IMG/VR virus record: IMGVR_UViG_3300045988_118235
Origin: a virus
Strand: one strand, 5' to 3'
Length of the DNA: 13,303 nucleotides
Below, piece after piece: positions 4,384-13,268 of the stretch. The notes below the pieces were generated by a model. It saw only the letters and a program-made list of their open reading frames with translations. It was not told where the DNA came from and ran no database searches. The number at the start of each line of letters is the position of its first letter. Position 1 is the stretch's first letter. The position numbers and the translations under genes were made by a program.

Positions 4384-6471
4384 ATGAAACAATGCAATAC
4401 GATTAAGGAGTGTTTAGCCAATGTAAAAAGCTTTAAAGTTTACAAAAAACAATATAGAAATAAATACTTTAATAATCGTATTTGCTTTGATATTGAGGTA
4501 TCTAGTTTCTATGTTGAGGGTATAGAAAAAGAGCCGGTTAAAAGAGCATGTTGTTACGCTTATATTTTGGGTATTGATGGTAACTATAAGATAGGTAGGA
4601 GCTTAGTTGAATTTGTAAAAGATATTAATTATCTTGAGTATGTTTTGCATAAAAAAGACCCTGAGGCGCATATAGTAGTTTGGGTTCATAACTTAGCCTA
4701 CGAGTTCCAATTTATAAGAAAGTATTTTGAAATTAAAGAAATTTTAGCTAACGACGAGAGAAAAATTATATACGCAGTTACTCAAAATAATATTGAATTT
4801 AGATGTAGTTACATGCTAAGTGGTTATTCTTTACGTAAAGTTGGAGAAAATCTAAGACACCATAACGCTAAAAAGATGGTAGGTGATTTAGACTATTCTT
4901 TGTTGAGAGGTTCAACAACTCCACTAACTGAGAAAGAAATAGGATATATTAGAGAAGACTACGAGGTATTAGACGCATACATTGAAGAAGAGTTAGAAAC
5001 TTATTTATATATATCTAGAGTACCATATACCAAAACTGGCAAAGTAAGAAAGTTTTGTCGTAAAGTTTGTAATGAAAAAGGTAACTATAAAAAAAGATAT
5101 ATTAAAAATTTAGTTATCAATGACGCTCAAGAGTATATGTTAATGCGTCGCGCTTTCATGGGAGGCTTTACACATGCTAACTCATTGGCTGTTAATAACT
5201 TAATTAGAGATGTAACATCTATCGACTTTACTAGCTCTTATCCCGCCGTTATGGTGAGTGAGATGTTCCCTATGAGTCGAGGTCAATTAATAGAGATTAA
5301 ATCTTTAGACCAAATAAAAGAATTATCTAAAAGAAACTGTCTTATATTTGATATAGAGTTTTGGAATTTAGAAAGTACTTTTATTTATGAGTCCTATTTG
5401 TCAAGTTCACATGGTATAACTGAGGGAGCTACTACAATTAACAATGGTAGAATAGTTATGACTAAATATTTAAAAACTACAATAACTAACATAGATTTAG
5501 ATATAATAGAGAAAGTTTATAAATGGACTAAATGTAAAATAGGTTTGTGCTACATTTATAAGAAATGGTACCTCCCTACTCCATTTGTAAAAAGTATCTT
5601 AATGTTATATAAAGACAAAACAACTTTAAAAGGTATTGACGACAAGATAGCCGAATACATGAACTCAAAAGAAATGTTAAACTCTTGTTATGGTATGACT
5701 GTTACCGATATTATTAAACCCGAGGTGGAATATGACGACGAGAAGGGATGGCATACCGAAGAAATGACACTCGATAAACGAGGAGATTTAGTAGAAAAGT
5801 ATAACAATCAGCGTTCGAGGTTTTTATTCTATCCATGGGGTGTATTTATCACAGCGTATGCAAGGCGAAACTTGTGGTCGGGTATTTTAGAATTTGGAGA
5901 AGATTATTGTTATAGCGATACCGACTCAATCAAAGGAATTAATTATGAAAAACACAAGAATTATGTTGATAAATACAACGATATATGTTATCATAAATTA
6001 GAGGTAGCAATGAGTTATCATAAACTTGATATATCATTGTGCGCTCCAACAACTATAAAAGGAGAAAAGAAAATCATAGGCGTTTGGGATTATGACGGTC
6101 ATTACGATATGTTCAAAACTTTAGGAGCTAAGCGCTATATGGTATATAACAACAAAGGATTAACATTAACTATATCAGGAGTTAATAAAACAAAGGCAGT
6201 ACCTTATTTACTCAAAAAGTATGAAAACGACATACAACAAATATTTGATAGTTTTAGTGATGGATTTGAGGTACCCTCACCGCATGCTGGCAAGCAAATT
6301 CTTACATATATTGACTACGAAACGAGCGGAGAGTTTATGGACTATTTAGGCAAGAAACAAACGTATCATGAGTTGAGCTCGGTACATATGGAAGAGGGAA
6401 GCTATACATTGACAATGAGTGACGAGTACTTAAAATTCTTAGCGGAAGGAGTGAAGATAGATTATGTCTAA
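4384..6471 (+). CDS. Family B DNA polymerase of the protein-primed (phi29 gp2-like) type, 695 aa
   Basis: Exo I is FDIE (D36, E38). Exo II is HNLAYEF (aa 102-108). Exo III is YIREDYEV. Motif A is DFTSSYP. Motif B is KEMLNSCYG. Motif C is YSDTDS (nt 5911-5928). The KxY motif is GAKRYM. Long inserts between the motifs are consistent with TPR1 and TPR2. Confidence 0.95.
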   Translation: MKQCNTIKECLANVKSFKVYKKQYRNKYFNNRICFDIEVSSFYVEGIEKEPVKRACCYAYILGIDGNYKIGRSLVEFVKDINYLEYVLHKKDPEAHIVVWVHNLAYEFQFIRKYFEIKEILANDERKIIYAVTQNNIEFRCSYMLSGYSLRKVGENLRHHNAKKMVGDLDYSLLRGSTTPLTEKEIGYIREDYEVLDAYIEEELETYLYISRVPYTKTGKVRKFCRKVCNEKGNYKKRYIKNLVINDAQEYMLMRRAFMGGFTHANSLAVNNLIRDVTSIDFTSSYPAVMVSEMFPMSRGQLIEIKSLDQIKELSKRNCLIFDIEFWNLESTFIYESYLSSSHGITEGATTINNGRIVMTKYLKTTITNIDLDIIEKVYKWTKCKIGLCYIYKKWYLPTPFVKSILMLYKDKTTLKGIDDKIAEYMNSKEMLNSCYGMTVTDIIKPEVEYDDEKGWHTEEMTLDKRGDLVEKYNNQRSRFLFYPWGVFITAYARRNLWSGILEFGEDYCYSDTDSIKGINYEKHKNYVDKYNDICYHKLEVAMSYHKLDISLCAPTTIKGEKKIIGVWDYDGHYDMFKTLGAKRYMVYNNKGLTLTISGVNKTKAVPYLLKKYENDIQQIFDSFSDGFEVPSPHAGKQILTYIDYETSGEFMDYLGKKQTYHELSSVHMEEGSYTLTMSDEYLKFLAEGVKIDYV
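6409..6436 (+). promoter_or_regulatory. Candidate internal promoter upstream of the packaging and virion genes
   Basis: TTGACA at 6409-6414, a 16-nt spacer, and TAAAAT at 6431-6436, lying 28 nt before the ATPase start. It sits inside the polymerase coding sequence and could be a chance match in AT-rich DNA. Confidence 0.3.
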
Positions 6472-7561
6472 AGAAGAACATTATAGATTAGATAAAATAC
6501 TAGCACATAAAGCACAATATTATATGATTATCGGTGAGCGTTCTAATGGCAAGACTTATGCTATCTTAGAACACTGTTTAAAGGAATATGTTAAAAGCGG
6601 ATACAAGAACGAATTTTGTATCTTGAGACGTTGGCAAGACGACTTTAAACCTAAAAATTCAATGCAAATGTTCGCGGGTCATATTCAAAATGGTGTAATA
6701 ACTAGACTCACAAAGGGAGAATTTAACTCGGTATCTTATTTAGGTGGTCGTTGGTATCTAGCATTTGTCGACGAGCACGGAGCTACAACAAAGAAAATGC
6801 AAACACCTTTTTGCTATGGTTTTGCTCTTAATGATCAAGAACACATTAAATCAATCTCATTCCCTAATATTAAAAATATTTTCTTTGACGAGTTCTTATC
6901 TAGTAATTATTATCTACCTGATGAGTTTGTTATCTTTATGAACGTATTATCAACTATTATTCGTTTGCGTAACGACGTTACTATTTTTATGGCAGGTAAT
7001 ACAATCAACCCTTATGCACCATACTTTAATGAAATGGGATTAAAACATGTTAAGAACATGAAAAAAGGTGAGATTGAGGTATATACTTATGGAGATAGTG
7101 GACTTAAAGTAGCAGTTGAATTCTCGGACTACTACGGTAAAAAGAAGAGTAACATTTATTTTGCTTTTGACAATCCTAAACTAACTATGATTACAGGTGT
7201 TGGGGGTACTTGGGAGATAGCCATCTACCCTCACCTACCTTGTAAATATAAGCCAAAAGAAATATTATTTACTTATTTTATTTTATTCGACAACGAGATA
7301 TTCCAATGTGAAATCGTTTCAACAAACGATATGACGTTCACATACATACACCGTAAGACGGGAGAGTTGAAAGACAAGGGGGATTTAATATTCGACCTTG
7401 TACCAAACGGGAAGCATAACTATGTTACTAACATCTATAGTTCGGGTAGTCCTGTAGTAAATGTGATTTTATCCTTTTTCAAACTGAGTAAGGTTTTTTA
7501 TCAAGACAATACGGTAGGTGAGTCTATAAGAAACTATTTACAAGTTTGTATGAGAGGCTAA
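6464..7561 (+). CDS. DNA packaging (encapsidation) ATPase, phi29 gp16-like, 365 aa
   Basis: Walker A is GERSNGKT (aa 24-31, nt 6533-6556). Walker B is NIFFDEF. The size and the position next to the structural genes fit the small-podovirus packaging ATPase. Confidence 0.85.
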   Translation: MSKEEHYRLDKILAHKAQYYMIIGERSNGKTYAILEHCLKEYVKSGYKNEFCILRRWQDDFKPKNSMQMFAGHIQNGVITRLTKGEFNSVSYLGGRWYLAFVDEHGATTKKMQTPFCYGFALNDQEHIKSISFPNIKNIFFDEFLSSNYYLPDEFVIFMNVLSTIIRLRNDVTIFMAGNTINPYAPYFNEMGLKHVKNMKKGEIEVYTYGDSGLKVAVEFSDYYGKKKSNIYFAFDNPKLTMITGVGGTWEIAIYPHLPCKYKPKEILFTYFILFDNEIFQCEIVSTNDMTFTYIHRKTGELKDKGDLIFDLVPNGKHNYVTNIYSSGSPVVNVILSFFKLSKVFYQDNTVGESIRNYLQVCMRG

Positions 7562-7619
7562 AATAGAAAGGAGGTATATCAAAATAAATACCACTTTAGA
7601 GAATATTGTAGATAGCTCC

Positions 7620-7859
7620 TTGATAGTCTTAACAGGAGCAGTGGGACTACAACAAATCGAGTCTATTATTGGAATTATTAGTGTGTCTTTATCAGTGTTA
7701 TGGATATTATTCAAGTTCGCTTTTAAAATGTACCAAGCTCTTAAGAATAAAGACTATAGCAACTTAGGGAATGACATTAATAAGACTAAAGAAGAACTCG
7801 AGAAGATTAAAGAAGACTTAGAAAGCAGGAGAGAAAATGGCGGACAAGATACCAAATAG
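7620..7859 (+). CDS. Small membrane protein with one clear TM helix and a charged coiled C-terminus. It is a possible holin-like protein. The true start may be upstream, at 7584.
   Basis: The TM segment is IIGIISVSLSVLWILFKFAF, followed by KTKEELEKIKEDLESRRE. The TTG at 7620 has no SD. A strong AAAGGAGG (7567-7574) lies 9 nt before an in-frame ATA at 7584. Confidence 0.55.
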   Translation: MIVLTGAVGLQQIESIIGIISVSLSVLWILFKFAFKMYQALKNKDYSNLGNDINKTKEELEKIKEDLESRRENGGQDTK

Positions 7860-8850
7860 GCAAGATTGGAGTTATGAAAAATTATTAGGTTGTGATAGAA
7901 ACCCATTGAAAGACAAAGAGCGCTTAGTATGGCAACACAAAAGTTACATGTTATCACGTCTTAATCAGTTGTTTGAATGGGACGGCTTACCAGAGACAAT
8001 ACCACAAAAAGAGTTTGAATGGATATTATTAATGCAGGGCAAAGCAACTATTGCCGACGTACCTAACAAAGGCTTATATGCTTTTCAATCCAACTTAGGA
8101 GGTATCTTGAACCCTTACTACTTACCTACTCAGTCAATTGTAGTCAATCCTTACTTACCATTTAACAAGGTACTTGAGGTTGGTAAAGATTGTGTTGTAA
8201 TTCGTAACACTTCAACATTTACTCCTATTAATGATATGTTAGATTTATACGCTAACATGCTAGCCGAGATTGATATATCTTTAAGAATTGCTACCGTTAA
8301 TAGTCGTATTAGTTCTCTTATATCCGTAGGAGACGAAGCGACCAAAGATAGTGCTACGAAGTTCTTAGAAGACATAGAAAAAGGCAAGCTAGGAGTTATA
8401 GCTACTAACAAATTCATGGAGAGTCTTAAAGGGGGTCTTAATGCAATTCAATACGCAGGTACTATTAGTAACATTCAAGACCTCATAGAATTAAGGCAGT
8501 ACATCTTAGCTACGTGGTTTAACCAACTTGGCTTAAACGCTAACTACAATATGAAACGTGAAGCTATCAATGAGAGCGAGGCTGATTTAAACGAAGAGGC
8601 TTTAATGCCATTGATAGACGATATGTTGCAATGTAGACAAGAGGGAGCCAAGAAAGTTAATGCTATGTTTGGTACTAATCTTAGTGTTAAACTCAACTCT
8701 TCATGGAAGCTCCAAAGAAAAGAAATAGAAACATCTATGGAACTTGCCGAGAAAGAATTAAATACCGAAGAAAACGAAGAAACACAAGAAGAGGGAGGAA
8801 GTAAGGAAGAACCAACCGAAGACAAGGAGAAAGAAAATGATAACGATTAA
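7837..8850 (+). CDS. Portal / upper collar (connector) protein, phi29 gp10-like, 337 aa
   Basis: The N-terminal pattern ...LNQLFEWDGLPETIPQKEFEWILLMQGKA... is typical of small-podovirus connectors as I recall them. The C-terminal tail is acidic. The size is close to the 309 aa of gp10, and the gene sits in the virion module. Confidence 0.75.
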   Translation: MADKIPNRQDWSYEKLLGCDRNPLKDKERLVWQHKSYMLSRLNQLFEWDGLPETIPQKEFEWILLMQGKATIADVPNKGLYAFQSNLGGILNPYYLPTQSIVVNPYLPFNKVLEVGKDCVVIRNTSTFTPINDMLDLYANMLAEIDISLRIATVNSRISSLISVGDEATKDSATKFLEDIEKGKLGVIATNKFMESLKGGLNAIQYAGTISNIQDLIELRQYILATWFNQLGLNANYNMKREAINESEADLNEEALMPLIDDMLQCRQEGAKKVNAMFGTNLSVKLNSSWKLQRKEIETSMELAEKELNTEENEETQEEGGSKEEPTEDKEKENDND

Positions 8851-9616
8851 AGATTATTTTGAACCATTAATGCTGGACAATAACGAGGAAATAACCGGAA
8901 TATTTAGTACACTTGAAATATTAGCAGTAAAAGAACAAATGAAACCTGATGAGATTTTAACAAAAATCTTTGATGGTAAAGGTGTTATGCTTGATCTAGA
9001 CTATGTCTATACACACGCTTATACAAAATGGATAGCTTTAGTACTAGAGAGAACAACAGAATTAGTCAAAACTCAACACCCATCTATTAGCGACAGTAGG
9101 GCAAAAGTAAATGTATTAACAGCATATATCGCACCGTTATTGTTAAATCGTTTCTCCGAGATTTGGAAGAAAAAGTATGTAGCTATTACCGCCGATTACA
9201 CTCCAACAAACGACTACAAAGAGAATGAGAAAGTTGATTACACTTCCCACGGTGTTGATACTCCTCAAACTACTACTACATCTAAAACGAGTACTGATAC
9301 TACTCAGTCAACTAGTGTAACTCAAAATGCTAATACATATGCTTTTGATAGTATAAGTGAGACTCCTACAGCTCTCAACACAGGCGACCAAAGTGTCAAT
9401 AGTACAGGTGCTCCTGATAAAAACTATACTGAGACCACTACGGGTGGAACCAATACAAGTGATGTCAACAGCACTAACACAATCACTAGAGAGGGTAAAC
9501 ACGGCTCAACCGACTATAGTGTATTAATTGAAAACGAGCTTAAACTACGTGAATACGATTTTTATCAAGAGATGTTCAAAGATATTGATAGTATATTAAC
9601 GTTATCAATTTATTAG
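8837..9616 (+). CDS. Putative lower collar / head-tail adaptor protein (259 aa) with a central Ser/Thr/Asn-rich low-complexity region
   Basis: It directly follows the portal gene, as phi29 gp11 follows gp10. AAGGAG lies 7 nt before the ATG. The central region is TPQTTTTSKTSTDTTQSTSVTQ...TETTTGGTNTSDVNSTNT. The functional call rests on synteny and a remembered C-terminal pattern (E..LR......F.DI...L...IY). Confidence 0.4.
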   Translation: MITIKDYFEPLMLDNNEEITGIFSTLEILAVKEQMKPDEILTKIFDGKGVMLDLDYVYTHAYTKWIALVLERTTELVKTQHPSISDSRAKVNVLTAYIAPLLLNRFSEIWKKKYVAITADYTPTNDYKENEKVDYTSHGVDTPQTTTTSKTSTDTTQSTSVTQNANTYAFDSISETPTALNTGDQSVNSTGAPDKNYTETTTGGTNTSDVNSTNTITREGKHGSTDYSVLIENELKLREYDFYQEMFKDIDSILTLSIY

Positions 9617-9632
9617 AAAGGAGGACACAAAA

Positions 9633-9896
9633 TTGTACGTAGGAGGATATTTATTAATCAACTTGCCTTTTGAAGCTAAGGCAGGTACACATACCGTAAA
9701 AGGTATTTATGAAAAGTTAGAAAGTAACTTATACAAAGCAACTAGAATTAGCGGTTTATATAACACCGTTGGTCAAATCAGTGATTTTTATACAACTTTT
9801 ATATTAACCACTGGTAATTATTTAGCAAAAGTTGAAAGTACCGTAGGAATTAATACTATTACAATTAAACCAACCGACGAGGTAGTATTCGCATGA
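9633..9896 (+). CDS. Hypothetical virion-module protein (87 aa) that looks beta-rich
   Basis: The TTG start at 9633 lies 6 nt after AAAGGAGGA (9618-9626). The gene sits immediately upstream of the capsid gene. Its function is unknown, and decoration or assembly factor are possibilities. Confidence 0.55.
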   Translation: MYVGGYLLINLPFEAKAGTHTVKGIYEKLESNLYKATRISGLYNTVGQISDFYTTFILTTGNYLAKVESTVGINTITIKPTDEVVFA

Positions 9897-9961
9897 CAGG
9901 TGGAATAATTGAGATTACTATACCTCAGGAATTATGGGAAAATACTATAACTTATTTATAA
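9893..9961 (+). CDS. Possible 22-aa micro-ORF (MTGGIIEITIPQELWENTITYL)
   Basis: ATG 9893 overlaps the upstream TGA in an ATGA junction, the same coupling arrangement seen at 1756 and 11420. No other support was found. Confidence 0.2.
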   Translation: MTGGIIEITIPQELWENTITYL

Positions 9962-9996
9962 AAGCGTAAATTTGAAAGGAGGAATATATATTTTAA

Positions 9997-11142
9997 ATGA
10001 CAGTAAAACAAATTTATGAATTAGTAAATGCAAGTACAAAACAAGTATTAGGAGAAACTGCTATCCTTACTGAGGATTTAGCCAATGTTGTTGATATTGG
10101 TACTGAAATCTTTAACGCTAACGCAGTAGATAACTATGTCAAAACATTAGTTGATAGAATCGGTAGAGTTATCTTTGTTAATAGACCTTATAGTGGTTCT
10201 ATTCCATCCGTTTTAATGGACTCATGGGAGTATGGCTCGGTCACTGAAAAGATACAAATGGATTTGCCTGAAGCCGAAGTAAATGAAACTTGGGAATTAA
10301 AAGACGGAGCTACATATGACCAAAACTTCTTCTATCAACCAAAAATCTCGGTTAAGTTCTTTAACCAAATGGTTACATTTGAAGTTCCAATGTCAATTAC
10401 TGAAAGACAAGTTCAAGAAAGCTTTACTTCCGCTCAAGCATTAGGAAGCTTCATTGGTATGATTTGGACAATGATTGAAAACTCTATGACCGTTAAGTTA
10501 GACAGTTTAATCTTAATGACAATCAACAATATGATTAGCTTAACTGACTCAGTTAACGGAGGTGGAGACGCTCAACACGTTCACTTATTAACCGAATACA
10601 AAGCTCTCAATCCTGACTTTACAAAAACAGGCGAGTCCGCAATGACCGACTTAGACTTCTTAAAATATTGTGCATACCGAATTAAACTTGTTGCAGGTCG
10701 TATGACACAATACTCAAAAGTCTTCAACGCTGAAAAGAAATCAAGACATACACCTAAAGACTTAATGCACATTGTATTATTATCCGACTTTAAGAACGCG
10801 GCTGATGTATACTTACAATCCGATACATTCCACAACGAACTCTCAGCTCTTCCAAATAGTGAAAGTGTTCAATATTGGCAAGGTAGTGGAGATGAAACCG
10901 AAGCATTCACATTCGCTAATACATCCAAGATTAATATCAAGGACGCTAAGGGCAATACATATACTAAGGCTAATATCATTGGCGTTATCTTTGATAGAAA
11001 CGCTTTAGGTGTTACTAAGAAGAACACTCGCATTCGCTCACACGTTGTTGATAAAGCTGAGTTCTACAACTATTGGTATAAAGCTGATGTTGGATACTTC
11101 AACGATTTAAGTGAAAACTTTGTTTGCTTCTTAATTGATTAG
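9997..11142 (+). CDS. Major capsid protein (381 aa)
   Basis: An AGGAGG SD lies upstream and an intrinsic terminator lies immediately downstream, as expected for the most abundant late product. The size and the N-terminal pattern (VLGETAILTEDLANVVDIGTEI...VDNYVKTLVDRIGRVIF) resemble small-podovirus HK97-fold capsid proteins as I recall them. Confidence 0.75.
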   Translation: MTVKQIYELVNASTKQVLGETAILTEDLANVVDIGTEIFNANAVDNYVKTLVDRIGRVIFVNRPYSGSIPSVLMDSWEYGSVTEKIQMDLPEAEVNETWELKDGATYDQNFFYQPKISVKFFNQMVTFEVPMSITERQVQESFTSAQALGSFIGMIWTMIENSMTVKLDSLILMTINNMISLTDSVNGGGDAQHVHLLTEYKALNPDFTKTGESAMTDLDFLKYCAYRIKLVAGRMTQYSKVFNAEKKSRHTPKDLMHIVLLSDFKNAADVYLQSDTFHNELSALPNSESVQYWQGSGDETEAFTFANTSKINIKDAKGNTYTKANIIGVIFDRNALGVTKKNTRIRSHVVDKAEFYNYWYKADVGYFNDLSENFVCFLID

Positions 11143-11150
11143 TTGAATTA

Positions 11151-11180
11151 GGGGGTATAGAAATATACCTCCTTTTCTTT
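11151..11180 (+). terminator. Rho-independent terminator after the capsid gene
   Basis: The stem pairs GGGGGTATA (11151-11159) with TATACCTCC (11164-11172), giving 9 bp with one G-U pair. The loop is GAAA and the tail is TTTTCTTT. It is probably partial, since the tail gene downstream has no obvious promoter of its own. Confidence 0.75.
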
Positions 11181-11201
11181 AAATAGAAGAAAGGAGAAAA
11201 T

Positions 11202-11423
11202 ATGAAATTAAAAGAAGTCTTAAAATTAATTAACAATGAATTTATTAATTATACTATATACCGTGATAAAAAAGTTGTTGCTCACTTTTCTACAAGATAT
11301 CAAAAAGAAGTAGAAGAGATATCAAGACGATACGGACACTATAACGTTACAAATATTGGAGCTTTCATGACATGTGATTATGAGAGCGTTGTAACACTAA
11401 CACTTGAGGAAGTATTGTTATGA
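11202..11423 (+). CDS. Hypothetical protein (73 aa)
   Basis: ATG 11202 follows an AAAGGAG SD. It joins the tail knob gene through an ATGA overlap. Confidence 0.6.
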   Translation: MKLKEVLKLINNEFINYTIYRDKKVVAHFSTRYQKEVEEISRRYGHYNVTNIGAFMTCDYESVVTLTLEEVLL

Positions 11424-13222
11424 AGATAACTTTATTCCAAAATGTCAGTGAACGCAACCAAATGGACAAGGATTTAACTAAAGTTAAAGATATTGACGGC
11501 AAGTTCAAACAATCCACTAATATTATGAGTCCTATATTAGTATTGAGTTATGCAACACTTCCCGATTTTAATTATATATATATTGAAGAATTAGCTAGAT
11601 ATTATTTTGTTGACAGTATCACAAGTATTAACGAGGGGTTATGGCAAATCAATTGTAGTGAGGATGTATTAGAGACTTACGGTACGGCAATTTTAAATCT
11701 TAGTGCTTATGTGACAAGAAATGAATATGAGTATAATGATTATATAGAAGATAAATATTTATTAAGAACTGCTAGAAAATTATATGATATTATAGAGCCT
11801 TTAGACCTAGACGATGGACATAACTTGTTTATGAATTTTGACTCATTCGATACTAGTAATTCTCATGACGGAGCACCTTATAATATATCTAGTGAAACAA
11901 GAGCATTTTGTTATACAATCTCTACAGCTAATAAATGGGGTGGTAGAGATGTAACTGATACTACAATCTCATCGGGTCATAGACTTGATATTATGGAAGC
12001 TTATACTGATTTTAATGATACAAACTCAAAGTATGGTATAAACAAGTACGGTAAAGCTTTTTATGGCGACTCATTTACTAAAATATGGGCAATGAATAAT
12101 ACTAATATTCAATCTTTAGGCTCTTTATTAGAAGCTGAAATGAACTCTCCAATAGGTGATAAAAGAATGTATCAAAACGTTGGTTCAATGATTAACGTTA
12201 TACGTGTATATCCTTTTTCAATACCTGAATACTATAAATATTGTGGTATTAGTGAGTCGAGATTACCTCAAGGCAACTTCCCACCTTGGATAGAAGATCC
12301 TTTAGGAGACTCAAGAAATATAGATGTTGTAACGGTTGGAGATAGTCCTATACCAAACACTATAACCGACCAAAAAAATACAATAACTCAATATCCATAC
12401 AGTTATTATCAAATAACAGGTTGGGTATTACCTCAACAAGCTATGAGTTGTAAAATAGCAACATTCCCTTTTGACAATACTAACATATTATACAATAACT
12501 ATTTGGACTTCTCACCATATACCGTATTACACTTATATGTCCCATTCTTTGGATATATCGACTTATCACCAAACATTTGTGTTGGGACTCAAGTAAATGT
12601 TTATCTATCAGTTGATTTTAATTCAGGGAACGCCACAATATATGTTACATCTAAGATTAAAGAACAAGAAACATTAATAACAACAAAACAAACAAGTATA
12701 GGATTTGACTTAGCATTTGGTGTTTCTAACATAGCTGAATTAAACCGTTCTACTAAATACACTAGTATAAAAGAAACAATAAAAACCGTAGCAGGTACTT
12801 TAGCTACTTTTGCGTCAATGACCGCTTTTGCTACAGGACATATAGGAGCGGGTAAAATGTTTGCGGTCGCAGGTGGTACTGCAATAGCAGGTGTTAATAG
12901 CGCTATAAATGTTGCTCAATCCGAGAGTATGCCCATTAATGCTACAGCTATAGATGGTGGTGGAAGTGAAAACGGAGCTTCTAACTTTATAGCTCCAAAA
13001 GGAATATTTGTTCTTAGAGAAAGAGTAGAACAATATAGACCTGCTTCTAATTATTCTAAATTCTTAGGTAGACCGCTAGAGGTACAAAGGAGAATAGGTA
13101 AATTACATGGCTTTACTCAAGTTGGTAGCATACACATTGAGGGAACTGATTTTGTTAAAGCTACTGAACAAGAAAAACAATTAATAGAAGATACTTTAAA
13201 AAATGGTTTTATAATCAGGTGA
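11420..13222 (+). CDS. Tail knob / distal tail tube protein, phi29 gp9-like, 600 aa
   Basis: The length nearly equals the 599 aa of phi29 gp9. The conserved-looking N-terminus is MKITLFQNVSERNQMDKDL...FNYIYIEELARYYFVDSI. An Ala/Gly-rich hydrophobic segment at aa 457-499 sits at the same relative position as the membrane-active gp9 loop. Confidence 0.65.
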   Translation: MKITLFQNVSERNQMDKDLTKVKDIDGKFKQSTNIMSPILVLSYATLPDFNYIYIEELARYYFVDSITSINEGLWQINCSEDVLETYGTAILNLSAYVTRNEYEYNDYIEDKYLLRTARKLYDIIEPLDLDDGHNLFMNFDSFDTSNSHDGAPYNISSETRAFCYTISTANKWGGRDVTDTTISSGHRLDIMEAYTDFNDTNSKYGINKYGKAFYGDSFTKIWAMNNTNIQSLGSLLEAEMNSPIGDKRMYQNVGSMINVIRVYPFSIPEYYKYCGISESRLPQGNFPPWIEDPLGDSRNIDVVTVGDSPIPNTITDQKNTITQYPYSYYQITGWVLPQQAMSCKIATFPFDNTNILYNNYLDFSPYTVLHLYVPFFGYIDLSPNICVGTQVNVYLSVDFNSGNATIYVTSKIKEQETLITTKQTSIGFDLAFGVSNIAELNRSTKYTSIKETIKTVAGTLATFASMTAFATGHIGAGKMFAVAGGTAIAGVNSAINVAQSESMPINATAIDGGGSENGASNFIAPKGIFVLRERVEQYRPASNYSKFLGRPLEVQRRIGKLHGFTQVGSIHIEGTDFVKATEQEKQLIEDTLKNGFIIR

Positions 13223-13226
13223 TTAT

Positions 13227-13258
13227 AGCTCATGGGATTTACTCTCATGGGCTTTTTT
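13227..13258 (+). terminator. Rho-independent terminator at the end of the single transcription direction
   Basis: The stem pairs GCTCATG (13228-13234) with CATGGGC (13246-13252), giving 7 bp with one G-U pair. The loop is 11 nt and is followed by T6 (13253-13258). Confidence 0.6.
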
Positions 13259-13268
13259 CAAATATAAA

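Noticed and set aside
10772-11008. A + strand 78-aa ORF in an alternative frame inside the capsid gene.
   Set aside because: It is fully embedded in the major capsid protein ORF. It has no SD and its composition looks like frame-shadow sequence.
2322-13033. Eight minus-strand ORFs in the track: 2322-2543, 3772-4002, 7754-7957, 8151-8417, 8544-8825, 9308-9502, 10581-10835 and 12815-13033.
   Set aside because: Each lies entirely antisense to a well-supported + strand gene. None has an SD. The translations are low-complexity and rich in S, L, F and C, as expected for shadow frames of AT-rich coding DNA.
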